Notes under the pieces: model-generated
The model's database searches: none
Seen by the model: only the letters and a program-made list of their open reading frames with translations
Told to the model about the DNA's origin: nothing
Source: Heterodontus francisci
Taxonomy: Eukaryota
DNA: 64,000 nt
NCBI RefSeq assembly: GCF_036365525.1
Contig: NC_090385.1
Span: 25,338,119-25,402,118 of the forward strand
Direction of reading: 5' to 3'
Program-made: the position numbers and the translations under genes
Shown here: positions 23,803-36,179 of the stretch, piece after piece
How positions within the stretch are numbered: the stretch's first letter is position 1
How the letters are laid out: each line of letters begins with the position of its first letter

Positions 23803-25077
23803 ATGGACGGCAATATTACTGTCTGCAATAATATGCAGAGCAACATTACTATCCACAATAATATGAAGAGCAATATTACTGTCCACAATAATACTCAGAG
23901 CACTTTGTCTATAATAATATGTAAATCAACATTACTGTCCACAATAATGCTCAGTACATTATTACTTTCTGCAATAATCCTTGGAGTAATATCAACGTCT
24001 GCAATAATATTTGGGGCATTATTATGTCTACAATAATACACAGATCATTATTACTGTCTGCAATAATATGCAGAGCAACATTACTGTCTGCAATAATACT
24101 CAGAGGATCATTAGTCTCTGCAATAATACTCAGAGAAATATTACAGTCTGTAATAAGACTCAGCAATATTACTGTCTGCAATAATACTCAGAGCAATATT
24201 ACTGTCTTTAATAATACCCAGAGCATTATTAGTCTGCAATCCTACTCAGGGCAAATAATATTGTCTGCAATAATACTCAGAGCACTAATACTGTCTGCAA
24301 TAATAATCAGAACAATATAACTGTCTTCAATAATACTCAGTGCAATATTACAGTCTGCAATAATACTCAGAGAAATAATATTATCTGCAATAATATTTGG
24401 CACAATATTACTGTCTGCAATAATATGCAGTGCAATATTACTGTCTGCAATAATATGCAGTGCAATATTACTGTCGGCAATAATACTCACAACAATATTA
24501 CAATCTGTATTAATACTCAGAGCATTATTACATTCTGAAATATTACTCAAAGCATTAGTACAGTCTGAAATAATACTCAGAGCAATAATACTGTCTGTAA
24601 TAATACTCAGTACAATAGTACTGTCTGCAATAATACTCAAGAGAATTATTGTTTTCTTCATTAATACTCAGAGCAATATTACAATCTAAAATAATACTCA
24701 GAGCAATAATACAGTCTGCAATAATACTCAGAACAATATCACTGTCTTCAATAATACTCAGTGCAATATTATAGTATGCAATAATATTCAGAGCATTATG
24801 ACAGTCTGCAATAATACTCAGAGCAATAATACTGTCTGCAATAATACTTGGCACAATATTATTGTCTGCAATAATACGCAGTGTAATCTTACTGTTTACA
24901 ATAATATGCACTGCATATTATTGACTGCAACAATACTCAGAGTATTATTACTGTCTTCAATATTACTCAGAGAAATATTACTGTCTGGAATAATACTCAG
25001 TGCAATATTACTGCTTGCAATAATTTGTAGTGCAATATTACTGTCTGCAATGATACTCAAAGCATTATTACTGTCTT

Positions 25078-25467
25078 TTTTATTCTTTCATGGGATGTGG
25101 GCATTGCTGGCAAGGCCAGCATTTGTTGCCCATCCCTAATAGTCCTTGACAACTGAATGGCTTCTTAGGCCATATCAGAGGATAGTTAAGCACATTGCTG
25201 TGGGTCTGCAGTCACACGTAGGCTAGACCACGTAAGGATGCAGATTGACTTCCCTAAAGGACACCAGTGAACCAGATGGGTTTTTATGACAATCAATGAT
25301 AGTTATTACTCAGACTAGCTTTCATCCCAGATTTTAATTAATTAATTAATTGAATTTAAATTCAACCAGCTTCCACGCTGGGATTTGAACCTGTGTCCCC
25401 AGGGCATTAACCTGCATCTCTGGATTACTAGTTCAGTGACATTACCATTACACCACCGTCTCCCACA
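25078..25467 (-). mobile_element. tRNA-derived SINE sharing the Crack/Daphne-like LINE 3' tail, inserted in the minisatellite
   Basis: Reverse complement of the family at 62425-62835. Confidence 0.75.
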
Positions 25468-26613
25468 TTTGCAATAATACTCAGTGCAATATTAGTGTCT
25501 GCAATAATACTCAGAACAATATTAAGTGTATTCAGAGCAATACTACTGTCTGCGATAATACTCGGAGCATTATTACTGATAGTAGAGCTATGCAGAACAT
25601 TTTAACTAGGAGCAACAATTTACAAAACTTTATTATTGCTAGTAATGATACTCAGAACATTATTGATAGCAACACTGTACTAAAATAACAGATTCATATT
25701 AGCAATACTCACAGCATTATTTCTAATAACAATAAAATGCACATATTACTTATAGTAATACATCTACTTTACATAACAGATACCCAAAAATGCGACTAAC
25801 GGAACCTACATTAGGAACTAATAATGATTAGAATACATAGATTAATAGCAAGAGCATTTCAGAGCATTGTTCCGAATCAGGATAATAAGAGGCACCCATT
25901 ATTAGTAATAACATACAGTGCATTATTATTAATGGGAATATTAGAATACACAATTATTCATATATGAAAACACTATGAAAGAGGTGAGACCACCACCACC
26001 CCATTGCTTCTTCCTAGTCCTTCAAGATGTCATCTTTTCTTTTCAGAATTCAAGAAACCTGAGATTTAGATAAGACACGTTTCTGTGTGACCAGCTTTTG
26101 TATCTTCAATTCCTTCACTGTTCAAACCATTCAATTGCTATTTTTGAGCCATCTTGTAATTCAATTTCCATTCCTTCTTCACCCGCATAACACTAATAAA
26201 CATCAGAGTTAGTGCCAAACCAGGTTGATGGGTGACCAATTAACCCAATTAGATTGTAACGTGAAATCCTGAGGTTCCAAGGTGAAAAATCTTGTCAAAT
26301 CAAGATTTCTATGCACCACATTTGCAGTTAAGTGGGAATTACAATAAATGTAATTGCAATAAAATGAACTTTTCACAATTGGAAGCATAAAAGAAAGAAG
26401 GGGAATACAGAAATGGTTGTGTTAAAACAGGAATTGCATTTAAGTGATTTGCAAATAAACAGGTTATGACTAAGCCAGATTTTAAAAACTCAATTTTATT
26501 ACAAATAGCATTAATGAATATTAATAATAGTAATAAGCATGCAATATATTCAGAGTATGAGAGCCCCTTGCTCTCCTTTGAATTGTGCTATAGGTTATCT
26601 TCATAGAATCATG

Positions 26614-28026
26614 GGGCTGGATTTTGTGCAGGAGGCGGGGCTCCTGGCGCTGGGCCGAAAAGGCGGGGGATCCCAGCCTCTGCATTTTTCGGCTCCCCCA
26701 GAGGGATCCTCTGGTCTTTTGGGGTCAAAGTTGAAGGAAGTGGAATCCCTGTCCCTTTAAACACAACAGGAATGGGGATCCCACCCCCAAGAGCAGCCGG
26801 CCAATCACAGGGCCGGCAGCTCAACAGTATCGGCAGCTTCACTGGGAGCGGTGGCCACTGCCGTACTGCAGGAGGTCTGTAGTGGCGATAATGAAGGAGA
26901 CCACCTGGGATGCAGGTAAGGGGGTAGGGTCCACAAGGCCCCAGTGAGAAGGGATGGGTGGGGTAGGCGTTCGGTCCAGGAGGAGGGGAGTCCGGGGTGG
27001 TGGTGGGGGGTGGGGGGGTCGGCGCAGTGGTTCACGGGGGAGGAATCCTCTGTGGGCCACGAATTGCCCATGATGGAGGGACTTGCCCGCAAGCCCGCAG
27101 GGAGGACACCTCATTTTCCAAGGTGCCATCCCCACGTGGCAGAGGCCCTCCCTGCCGCTGGTAAGATCCCTGAGGTGGCAGGAAGTTGCCCTTAATTGGC
27201 AGTTAATAGCCCACTTACAGGCCTCAACTGGTATTTGGGCAGGAAGGCCGACGGCAGCCTATACCACCTCCGAGAGAATCGGGTCTGGCAATCCTGGCAT
27301 CGGGTTCCGTGACAATTGCTGCCGCTCCTATTCTCCGACCACCCCCCCCCCCCCCCCCCCCACCCGCCCGCCCCATCACGGAACCCGACATTGGGCTGGG
27401 AACAAAATCCAGCCCTTAATAGGGACTGGGATCCTGCCTCCAGGAGCTACTGGCCAATCAGAGGGCTGACTGCTCAGCAGTATCGGCAGCGCCACCAGGA
27501 GCGCTGGCCACTGCTGGTACTACAGAGGCCTCAGACCCAGGCCCAGCCCTGGAATCCTGGAGAAGAGTAGGTGAGGCAGGGTTGCCGGGGTCAGTCTGGA
27601 AGGCCCTGGCGAGGGGGGATGAGGGGTTGGGCATTCGGTCAACGGGGGAGGGGGGTTCCGGGGGTGAATTGGTTCCCGGTGGGGGCTCTCCATGAGCCAC
27701 AAATTGCCCATGAAGGAGGGATCCCCCCCACCAAGCCAGCAGGGAGGGTGCCTCGTTTTCCAAGGCGTCGTCCCAGCACGGCAGAGGCACCCCTGCCACT
27801 GGTAAGATACCAACCGCGGCGGAAAGAGGCCCTCAAGTGGCTGTAAATAGGCCACTTAAGGGCCTCAATTCGCCTCTGGGCAGGAAGGTCGTCGTCGGCC
27901 TATCCCACCCCCGGAAGAATTGGAACCGGGAATTCCAGCATTAGGTTCATTGGCGGGTGAATTTGCCTAATTCTTCAGCCCTGCTGCCATGAAACCCGCC
28001 ATTGGGATGAGAACAAGATCTGACCC
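26614..28026. mobile_element. Harbinger-type MITE with 14-bp TIRs (26614-27415) followed by a second partial copy
   Basis: GGGCTGGATTTTGT...ACAAAATCCAGCCC. 27420-28026 repeats the internal sequence and ends CAAGATCTGACCC. Confidence 0.7.
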
Positions 28027-28242
28027 ATAGAATGGTTACCGCACAGCAGGAGGTTATTCAACCTACTGAGTCCTCTCCGGCTCTCTGCAAGAACAATTCA
28101 GCTAATCCCACTCCACTGGCCTTTCCCCACAGCCCTGCAACTTGTTTTTATTCTTCAAGTGCTTATCCAATTCCCTTTACAAAGCCACAATTGAATCTGC
28201 CTCCATCACACTCTCAGGCAGTGCATTCCAGGACCTGTTTCA

Positions 28243-28575
28243 GGGTGGAACAGTGGCGCAGTGGTCCACACCGCAGCCTTACAGCTCCAGTGACCCGGGT
28301 TCGATTCTGGGTACTGCCTGTGCAGAGTTTGCAAGTTCTCCCTGTAACCGTGTGGGTTTTTGCCGGGTGCTCCGGTTTCCTCCCACAGCCAAAGACTTGC
28401 AGGTTGATAGGTAAATTGGCCATTATAAATTGCCCCTAGTGTAGGTAGGTGGTAGGAGAATGGTGGGGATGTGGTAGGGAATATGGGACTAATGTAGGAT
28501 TAGTATAAATGGGTGGTTGTTGGTCAGCACAGACTCGGTGGGCTGAAGGGCCTGTTTCAGTGCTGTATCACTCTA
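28243..28575 (+). mobile_element. HE1-type V-SINE inside an antisense CR1 3' end
   Basis: Same head, V-domain and tail. Confidence 0.88.
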
Positions 28576-28949
28576 GTCTATTCCAGACCGTAACCATTTG
28601 CTATGCAAAAAAATGTTTTCTCCTGTTGCCTGTTTCCTTTGCTAATCACCTTAAATCTATGTCCTCTGGTTCTTTACTCCTCTGCCAAACGGAACAGTTT
28701 CTCTTTATCTACTCTATTTAGACACTTCATGATTTTAAACACATAATCTTACATCTTACATCTAACTCAACATGTAAACTTTGCTTTTAATAATTCGTCT
28801 GAAAGACAACCCCTTCAATAATGGTGCACTGAAGTGTTAACCGAGATTATGCATGCCAGAAAATAAGGGAAGCCTTCACACACAACTTTTTACTGGGCAG
28901 TCATAGAAGTAGCATTGGTTGTAGGCCCGGGCTTCCTCTTTATTAGAGA

Positions 28950-31632
28950 ATGCATAGAGTCACAGAGTCATTTACGGCACAGAAGGAGGCAATCGGCCCA
29001 TCGAGTTCATGCCGGCTCTCAATGGATCAACCCGTTCAGTCCCACTCCCTCGCTCAATCCCCATAGCCCTGCAAGTCTATTTCTTTCAGGTGGCCATCTA
29101 ACTTCCTCTTGAAGTCATTGATCGTCTCCGCTTCCAGCACACTTGTGGGCAGCGAGTTTCAGGTCATTACCACCTGCTGTGTAAAAAGTGCTTCCTCATA
29201 TTCCCCCTGCATCTTTTGCCCAAAACTTTCAATCTGTGTCTCTTAGTCCTTGTGCCATTAGTTAATGGGAAGAGCTTTTCCTTGTCTAACTTATCTAAAC
29301 CTGTCATAATCTTGTATACGTCTTTAAATCTCCCCTCAATCTCCTTTGTTCAAAGGAGAACAAACCCAACTTTTCCAACCTCACCTTGTAACTAAAATCC
29401 TCATCCCTGGAACCATTCTGATAAATCTCCTCTGCACTCTCTCAAGGATCCCTACATCTTTGCTGAAGTGTGGTGACCAGAATTGGACACAAGACTCCAG
29501 TTGGGGCCTAACCAGAGCTTTATAAAAGTTCAGCATAATTTCCCTGCTTTTTGGACAAATGCGATTTAATTAAGGAAAGCCAGCATGGATTTCTTAAGGG
29601 AAAATCATGTTTAATTAAGTTGCTGGATTTTTTGAGGAGGTAACAGAGAGGGTTGATGAGGGCAATGCTGTTGATGTGATGTACATGGACTTTCAAAAGG
29701 CGTTTGATACAGTGGCACACAACAGACTTGTGAGCAAACTTATAGCTCATGGAATAAAAGGGACAGTAGCAACATGGATATGAAATTGGCTGAGTGACAG
29801 GAAACAAAGTGTATTGGTTAATGGATGTTTTTTGGGTTGGAGGAAGGTTTGTAGTGGAGTGCCCCAGGGATCACTGTTGGGACCCTTGCTTTTCCTGATA
29901 TATATTAATGATCTAGACCTTGGTGCACAGGGCACAATTTCAAATTTTACAGATGATACGAAACTCAGAAGCATCGTGAACTGTGAGGAGGATAGTGTAG
30001 AACTTCAAAAGGACATAGACAAGTTGGTGGAATGGGCAGACAGGTGGCAGATGAAGTTCAATGCAGAGAAATGTAAAGTGATTCATTTTGGTAGGAAGAA
30101 CATTGAGAGACAATATAGAATGATGGGTACAATTCTAAAGGGGGTGCAGGAGCAGAGGGACCTGGGTGTATATGTGCATAAGTCATTGAAGGTGGCAGGA
30201 CAGGTTGAGAGAGTGGTTAATAAAGCATACAGTATCCTGAGCTTTATTAATAGGGGCATAGAGTACAAGAGCAAGGAAGTTGTATTGAACTTGTATAAGA
30301 CACTAGTTCAGCCTCAGCTGGAGTATTGCGTCCTATTCTGGGCACCGCACTTTAGGAAAGATGTGAGGGCATTGGAGAGAGTACAGAAAATATTCACGAG
30401 AATGGTTCCAGGGATGAGGAATTTCAGTTATGAAGATGGATTGGAGAAGTTAGGACTGTTTTCCTTGGAGAAGAGAAGGCTGAGAGGTGATTTGATAGAG
30501 GTATTCAAAATCTTGAGGGGTCTGGACAGAGTAGGTAGAGAGAAACTGTTCCCACTTGTGAAAGGATCGAGAATGAGAGGGCACAGATTTAAAGTATTTG
30601 GTAAAAGAAGCAAAAGTGACACGAGGAAAAAATTTTCACGCAGGGAGTGGTTAAGGTCTGGAATGCACGACCCGAGAATGTGGTGGAGGCAGGTTCAATT
30701 GAAGTATTCAAAAGGGAATTAGACAGTTATATGAAAAGGAAGAATGTGCAGGGTTACAGGGAGAAGGCAGGGAATGGAACTGAGGGAGTTGCTCTTTCAG
30801 AGAGACGGTGCGGACACCATAGGCCGAAAGGTCTCCTTCTGCCCTGAACGATTCTGTGATTCTGTGTACTCAATGCCTTTATTTATGAAGCCCAAGATCC
30901 CATATGCCTTACTAACCACTCTCTCAATATGTCCTTCCACCTTCAAAGATCTATGCACATGCACCTTCAGGTCCTTCTGTTCCTGCATACTCTTTAGAAC
31001 CGTGCCATTATCTATATAATGTCTCTTCCTATTCCTTCTGCCAAAATACATCACCTCATACTTGTCAGTATTAAATGCCATCTGCCACCTGTCTGCCCAT
31101 TCTGCTAGCCTATCTATGTTCTGTTGCAGGAGATTCATATCCTCCTCACTGTTTGCCACACCTCCAAGTTTGGTGTAATCAGCAAATTTTGAAAATCTAC
31201 TCTGTATTACAAGATCCAAGTCATTTATATATAACAAAAAAAGCAGTGGTCCCAGCACTGAACCTTGGGGCATCCACTGTCTATCATCCTCCAGTCTGAA
31301 AAAAACAACCATTTATTATGACTCACTGTTTTCTGTCCTTAAGCCAATTTTTAAAAATCCAATTGGACACTGACCCTCCTATTCCATGAGCCTCAATTTT
31401 GTTAACCAGCCTTTTATGTAGTACCTTATCAAATGCTTTCTTAAAATCCATATAAACAGCATCCACTGCATTCCCTTCATTAACCTTCTGTGTTACTTCA
31501 TCAAAAAATTCAACTAGATTGGTCAAGCATGATCTGCCTTTTACAAATCTGAGCTGGCTCTCCTTAATTAACTCAATCTCTCTAAGTGTCTATTGATAAT
31601 TTCCCTGATTATTGTTTCTAAAACCTTACCCT
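28950..31632 (-). mobile_element. Antisense CR1 LINE split by a sense CR1 insertion
   Basis: Halves 28950-29548 and 30865-31632 rejoin as CCCTGCTTTT|GTACTCAATGCC. Minus ORFs contain PQGSVLGPLLFLLYINDL and FADYTKLGG. Confidence 0.85.
29549..30864 (+). mobile_element. CR1 LINE, 5'-truncated, relatively intact RT/C-terminal region
   Basis: 302-aa ORF with GVPQGSLLGPLLFLIYINDL, FTDDTKL, LEYCVLFWAPH and RGDLIEVFKI; (ATTCTGTG) tail. Confidence 0.9.
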
Positions 31633-31639
31633 ATTCTCA

Positions 31640-32950
31640 TATTAGAAACATAGAAAATAGGAGCAGGAGTAGGCCATTTGGCCCTTCGGCCCTTTGGGCC
31701 TGCTCTGCCATTCAAAAATGATCATGGTTGATCATCTAATTCAGTACCCTGTTCCTGCTTTCTCCCCATATCTCTTGATCCCTTTGGCATCAAGAAATAT
31801 ATCTATCTCCTTCTTGAATATATTTAATGACTGGGCCTCCACTGCCTTCTGCAGTAGAGAATGCCACATGTTCACCACCATCTGAGTGAAGAAATTTCTC
31901 CTCATCTCTGTTCTAGATGGCAAATTCCATATCCTGAGACTGTGACCCCTGGTTCTGGACTCCCGCAGCCATCGGGAACATCCTCCCTGCATCTAGCCTG
32001 TTAGAATTTTATAGATATCTATGTGATCCCCTCTCATTCTTCTAAACTCTAGTGAATAGGCCTAGTCGACCCAATCTGTCCTCATATGTCAATCCTGCCA
32101 TCATAGTGATCAGCCTAGTAAAGCTTCTTTGCACTCCCTCCATGGCAAGAACATCCTTCCTCAGGTAAGGAGACTAAAACTGCACACAATACTCCAGATG
32201 TGGTCTCACCAAGGCCCTGTATGGCTGCAGTAAGAGATCCTTGCTCCTGTACTCAAATCCTCTTGCAATGAATGCCAACATACCATTCGCCTTCCTAACT
32301 GCTTGCTGCACCTGGAAGCTTGCTTTCAGCGACTGGTCATAGTCATAGAGAGATACAGCACTGAAACAGGCCCTTCGGCCCACCAAGTCTGTGCTGATTA
32401 TCAACCACCCATTTATATTAATCCTACATTAATCCCATATTCCCTACCACATCCCCACCTTCCCTCAATTCTCCTACCACCTACCTACACAAGGGGCAAT
32501 TTACAATGGCCAATTTACCTATCAACCTGCAAGTCTTTGGCTGTGGGAGGAAACTGGAGCACCCAGCAGAAATCCATGGGGTCACAGGGAGAACTTACAA
32601 ACTCTGCACAGGCAGTACCCAGAACCAAACCTGTGTCACTGGAGCTGTGAGGCTGCAGTGCTAACCACTACGCCACTGTACCGCCACCGTGCTGCCCTGG
32701 TGTACAAAGTCTCGTTCCACTTTCACCTTTCCCAATCTATCACCATTCAGATAATAATCCGCCTTTCTGTTTTTACAACTAAAGTGGATAACCTCACATT
32801 TATCCATGCTATACTGCATCTGCCATGCATTTGCCCACTCACCCAACTTGTCCAAATCACATTGGAGCCTCTTTGCATCTTCCTCACAGCTCACATTCTA
32901 CCCCCCACCGCCCCCCCCCCCAGCTTTGTGTCGTCTGCAAACTTGGAAAT
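31640..32950 (-). mobile_element. CR1 LINE 3' fragment containing an HE1 SINE
   Basis: RLQCDLDKLGEWANAWQMQY and ALVRPHLEYCVQF. Confidence 0.85.
32340..32697 (-). mobile_element. HE1-type V-SINE inside a CR1
   Basis: Reverse complement of the same SINE. Confidence 0.88.
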
Positions 32951-33479
32951 GTTCTCTTTTTACCAGTCTTATTTTCCTCTTAACCTCCCCTTTCAACGAA
33001 TTGTATATGGCCTGGTTCTCATTTGAAGAATTCACCTGATACACCCTCTTTTTTTTGTTTCATCATAACCGTCATGCAATTTAAAAAAAAGTTTATTGAT
33101 ATGATTGGAAATAGAGATAAATTTAATGACATGTTTGAGAAAGCAGAAAATTATAAAATTAAAAGTCCTTAAAGCTCATAGCATACTTCCTGATTTTGTG
33201 AAGATTTCAGTACAGTAGCGACATTCAGGGCTACTATTGGCTGAAGCAATCATAAAGTACTTGTCACTATTTACATGTTTTTTTTATTTTGGAAAAAAAG
33301 CACACATTCCTGTTCATCATATTTTACTTGGTTAACCCATACTCAGAAAAAAATTATGGCATCAAGGATAATCAATAGATTGTTTGCACTTGCCCATCAA
33401 CTCCAGATAAAAGCAGGAAATGTACTTTGTTCATTTGGGGTGGTGCTATCGTGAATTAGACACGCGTAACATGATTGTA

Positions 33480-33655
33480 TCACCAGTAAAGGGGCCAGCC
33501 AGCAGGCGGAGCCAGGAAACGAGAGGCAGGGACACAGAGGGAGAAACGTGGATTAATTTCCCCTTTTCTCTAGTCTCGTTCTTCTGTTCAATCTTATTGA
33601 CCTTGCAGACCCAGAGTGTCTAGGGGAGGGTGAGCAGGAGGATTTGTAACTGTCT
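33480..33655 (+). promoter_or_regulatory. Probable UPRT promoter/5'UTR region
   Basis: GC/purine-rich patch with GGCGGA directly upstream of exon 1; no TSS evidence available. Confidence 0.35.
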
Positions 33656-33855
33656 ATGGAAGCTGATTTTCCCATTGCCAGCATCATGCCTTGCCAAAAC
33701 GCCCAGCAGCAACTCAGCAACTCCGAGCAAAGCCACTCGCTGCCGAAGCAAGTGAGGTTCGCAGACAGCGCGGAGCCCGAGCCCATCGGACCCCAGCTCA
33801 AGCTGCTGCCCATGAACGATCAGATCCGGGAGCTGCAGACCATCATCAGGGACAA
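33656..33855 (+). CDS. UPRT: UPRT exon 1 (uracil phosphoribosyltransferase homolog)
   Basis: MEADFPIASIMPCQNAQQQ...KQVRF...GPQLKLLPMNDQIRELQTIIRD(K), with phase-2 donor AA|GTAAGT. CpG-rich. Alternative in-frame ATG at 33686. Confidence 0.92.
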
Positions 33856-34699
33856 GTAAGTGGCGGGGGTGGGGGGTTGGAGTGGGGGGAGCAAAGTGTG
33901 ACTGCAGACTGAAAAAATGCTGTTGAGATTGGCCTTTCTGCTCGTGCCTGGAGCTTTAGGCCTTCTCTCAACGGGGATAGTGACATAAGGAGGAAAATGA
34001 GTCATTTTTGCCGCTGGTTTTCATGCATCGCTGCTGGAGGTGAAGTGAGAAAGCCGCACACAGCCCTTGACAAATGCATAATCCAGCCAGTCTCTTCCGG
34101 CGTGGAATGCCTAATCATCTCATTGTTGCAAGAGAATGAAATAGCCGCATGGATGTTATCTAAACACGTTTATCCTAGATATAGAAACACAATTCTCTCC
34201 TTTCCAATGCTGGCCTGCATTGTATTTCCAGTACTTCTCGCTTTTTATTGCGGCATTTGCAGTTTTTAATGTTATCTTGTTCCGATTGACCGGTTAGCCA
34301 AACTGGCTGGAGCTCCTGGCAGTCAGGTTGCGCTGTTCATGGGTTTCTCTGTTGGATTTAGTGCAACATTGGAATTTATTCACTTACCTGGGTAGAGAGA
34401 GGTATTTCCCAAAGACTTTCGCTCAATGATGTTCTGCTGTATTAGACGTTGGTGCAAATCACTAGTTTTAAAACAAAATATAAATTCAAGTTCCTTAGGG
34501 GTTTAATTCAGTTTTTGCTTATCTAAAGCTTGGGCATATTTTGATCTAAAAATTGATCTATTATTAGCGCAGTGTTTCATCTGAACGGAGTAGTAATTAA
34601 AACAATTCTCAAATGAGTCATTTTGTTGAGAATGTCATTACATTTGTGCATCCCTCTATTTTTCTCTCCCAATTTTCTGCCATCTGTTTCTGTTCTGCT

Positions 34700-35000
34700 G
34701 AAGGTGGTTGCGCAGGCATTGGGAATCCTTCAGTACCTCACCCACATGGGCATCCTTCATGTGTGAGCCTAGGCGTTGAGCCTTTGCAGGCTATTCGAGC
34801 ATGGAGGGCAGCCCGACCCTGTTCTCACTCAAATTCCACACAGCAGAGGTCATTGGATAGCAATCAAGAGCAGGAACAATGTAGCACCCCTACTGCCACC
34901 TGGGCTGAGATAGCTAGCAGCCCAGATCAGGAATCTAACCTGGGACCTGGTCAGCATGATTCAGTTACATACTGGCTTTACACTTGAGTTATCGGGAGAG
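34700..35000 (-). mobile_element. Old degenerate tRNA-derived SINE (related pieces at ~6940-7110, ~43260-43700 and ~58840-59120)
   Basis: Shared motifs (GGATAGCAATCA.GAGCAG; GGAATC.AAC.TGGGACC); family not identified. Confidence 0.4.
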
Positions 35001-36179
35001 CTAGTTCTTACACTGAATTCACAGTGAAAGTTTTTTGTAAGTGCAAAGTGGTTCTAGCTTTCCACTGACACTAAACTAGTGAAGCATAATTCAGACGTCA
35101 GCCTGAACCGACATCAAAGCCAAACAGACTCTGGATTCAGGCGGCATCTACAATATAATTGCAGCATTAGTGCAAAGTGAATCCACTTTTTACTGACGTC
35201 ATAGTTCCATTTCCATTCCACTTCTGTGGAACGTTTTGGGATGTTTTAGCTACATTAAAGGTGCCACATAAATGCAAGTTGTTGTTGTTGCTTCTGTTAT
35301 GCCTGCCCGAAACCTGCTCCCAGCCCTATCACCTCCTAGCCCCTTGCCCATGGTTGGAATTCTATTGGAATGATTTTGTTATGCTGAAACTATACATGTT
35401 GGGTTTGAAAGTATTTGATTTTTATAATGGTAAATGTTCCTTTTTATAAATGGATAGTTCAGATTGAAGAAAATGACATCTTGTTAATTGAATCATGATA
35501 TTTTAGAATGCCATCAAGGCTGTCTAGAGAATTAACATTTGTTGGCGTAAAAAATATTTGGATTATTTCCCTTCTAATTTGTTTTCTTTTTGATGTAAAC
35601 CACAATCAGCAATCATTTTGATTGTAATGTGATTATCAACATGGGTTTTACACATTAGAAATCACAATTCTACACACTACCTGGTGAGTGTGAAAAGTAA
35701 GTGATGACCTGTTTTGCCAAGCATTGTGTATGTGCCAGCTTTCTCACTGTGGATGAAATTGAGGAGGGGGAGAAGACAGAAACAGGTGGTGACATTTCCA
35801 GTTCAGAAAGAATGTGACAGCAAGAAGTAACCATTGGTACATGAGGGAGATACAAGGCAGATGCTTATCACAGGGAAACATTTAACCTTAATAGTGGCAG
35901 AAGAGTGAAAATAAAAATGGTACAGTGGTGGTTCCCAGTAGCAAGATGTGCAGTCTCTGTATTTCTGTTATCAACAATCGAGAGGTCCCAAGGTGCAAAT
36001 TATCATATACTGTTCTTATGTTTTCCTATATTACAAGTAACTGCACATCAAAAGTAATCTATTGACATGAAGTGGTCTGAGTTCTTCTGAAGATGTGATA
36101 TAGCACCATATGAATACTGGTTCTTTCATCCAATTTTCAATCCTAATTTGCACAATTAAGTTATTTTAAATAGTTGAAA

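Larger units (their letters stand above)
22025..25600. repeat. 28/30-bp AT-rich minisatellite array interrupted by three TEs; decays further to ~25960
   Basis: Dozens of units, e.g. CATTATTACTGCCTGCAATAATACTCAG (~28 bp, proximal) and CTGCAATAATACTCAGAGCAATATTACTGT (30 bp, distal). Confidence 0.92.

Noticed and set aside
22025-25600. CRISPR-like array or 10-aa repeat protein (IIADSNIALS / NNTQSNITVC ORFs)
   Set aside because: Head-to-tail tandem units with no unique spacers and no cas genes, in a vertebrate context. ORFs are short, occur on both strands and follow from the 30-bp period.
29814-30722. 302-aa ORF as a host gene (likewise 12813-13670 and 19221-20063)
   Set aside because: Fragments of 5'-truncated, disrupted LINE ORF2s with TE tails.
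33553-33912. Antisense and alternate-frame ORFs over UPRT exon 1
   Set aside because: By-product of a GC-rich coding exon; no independent evidence.
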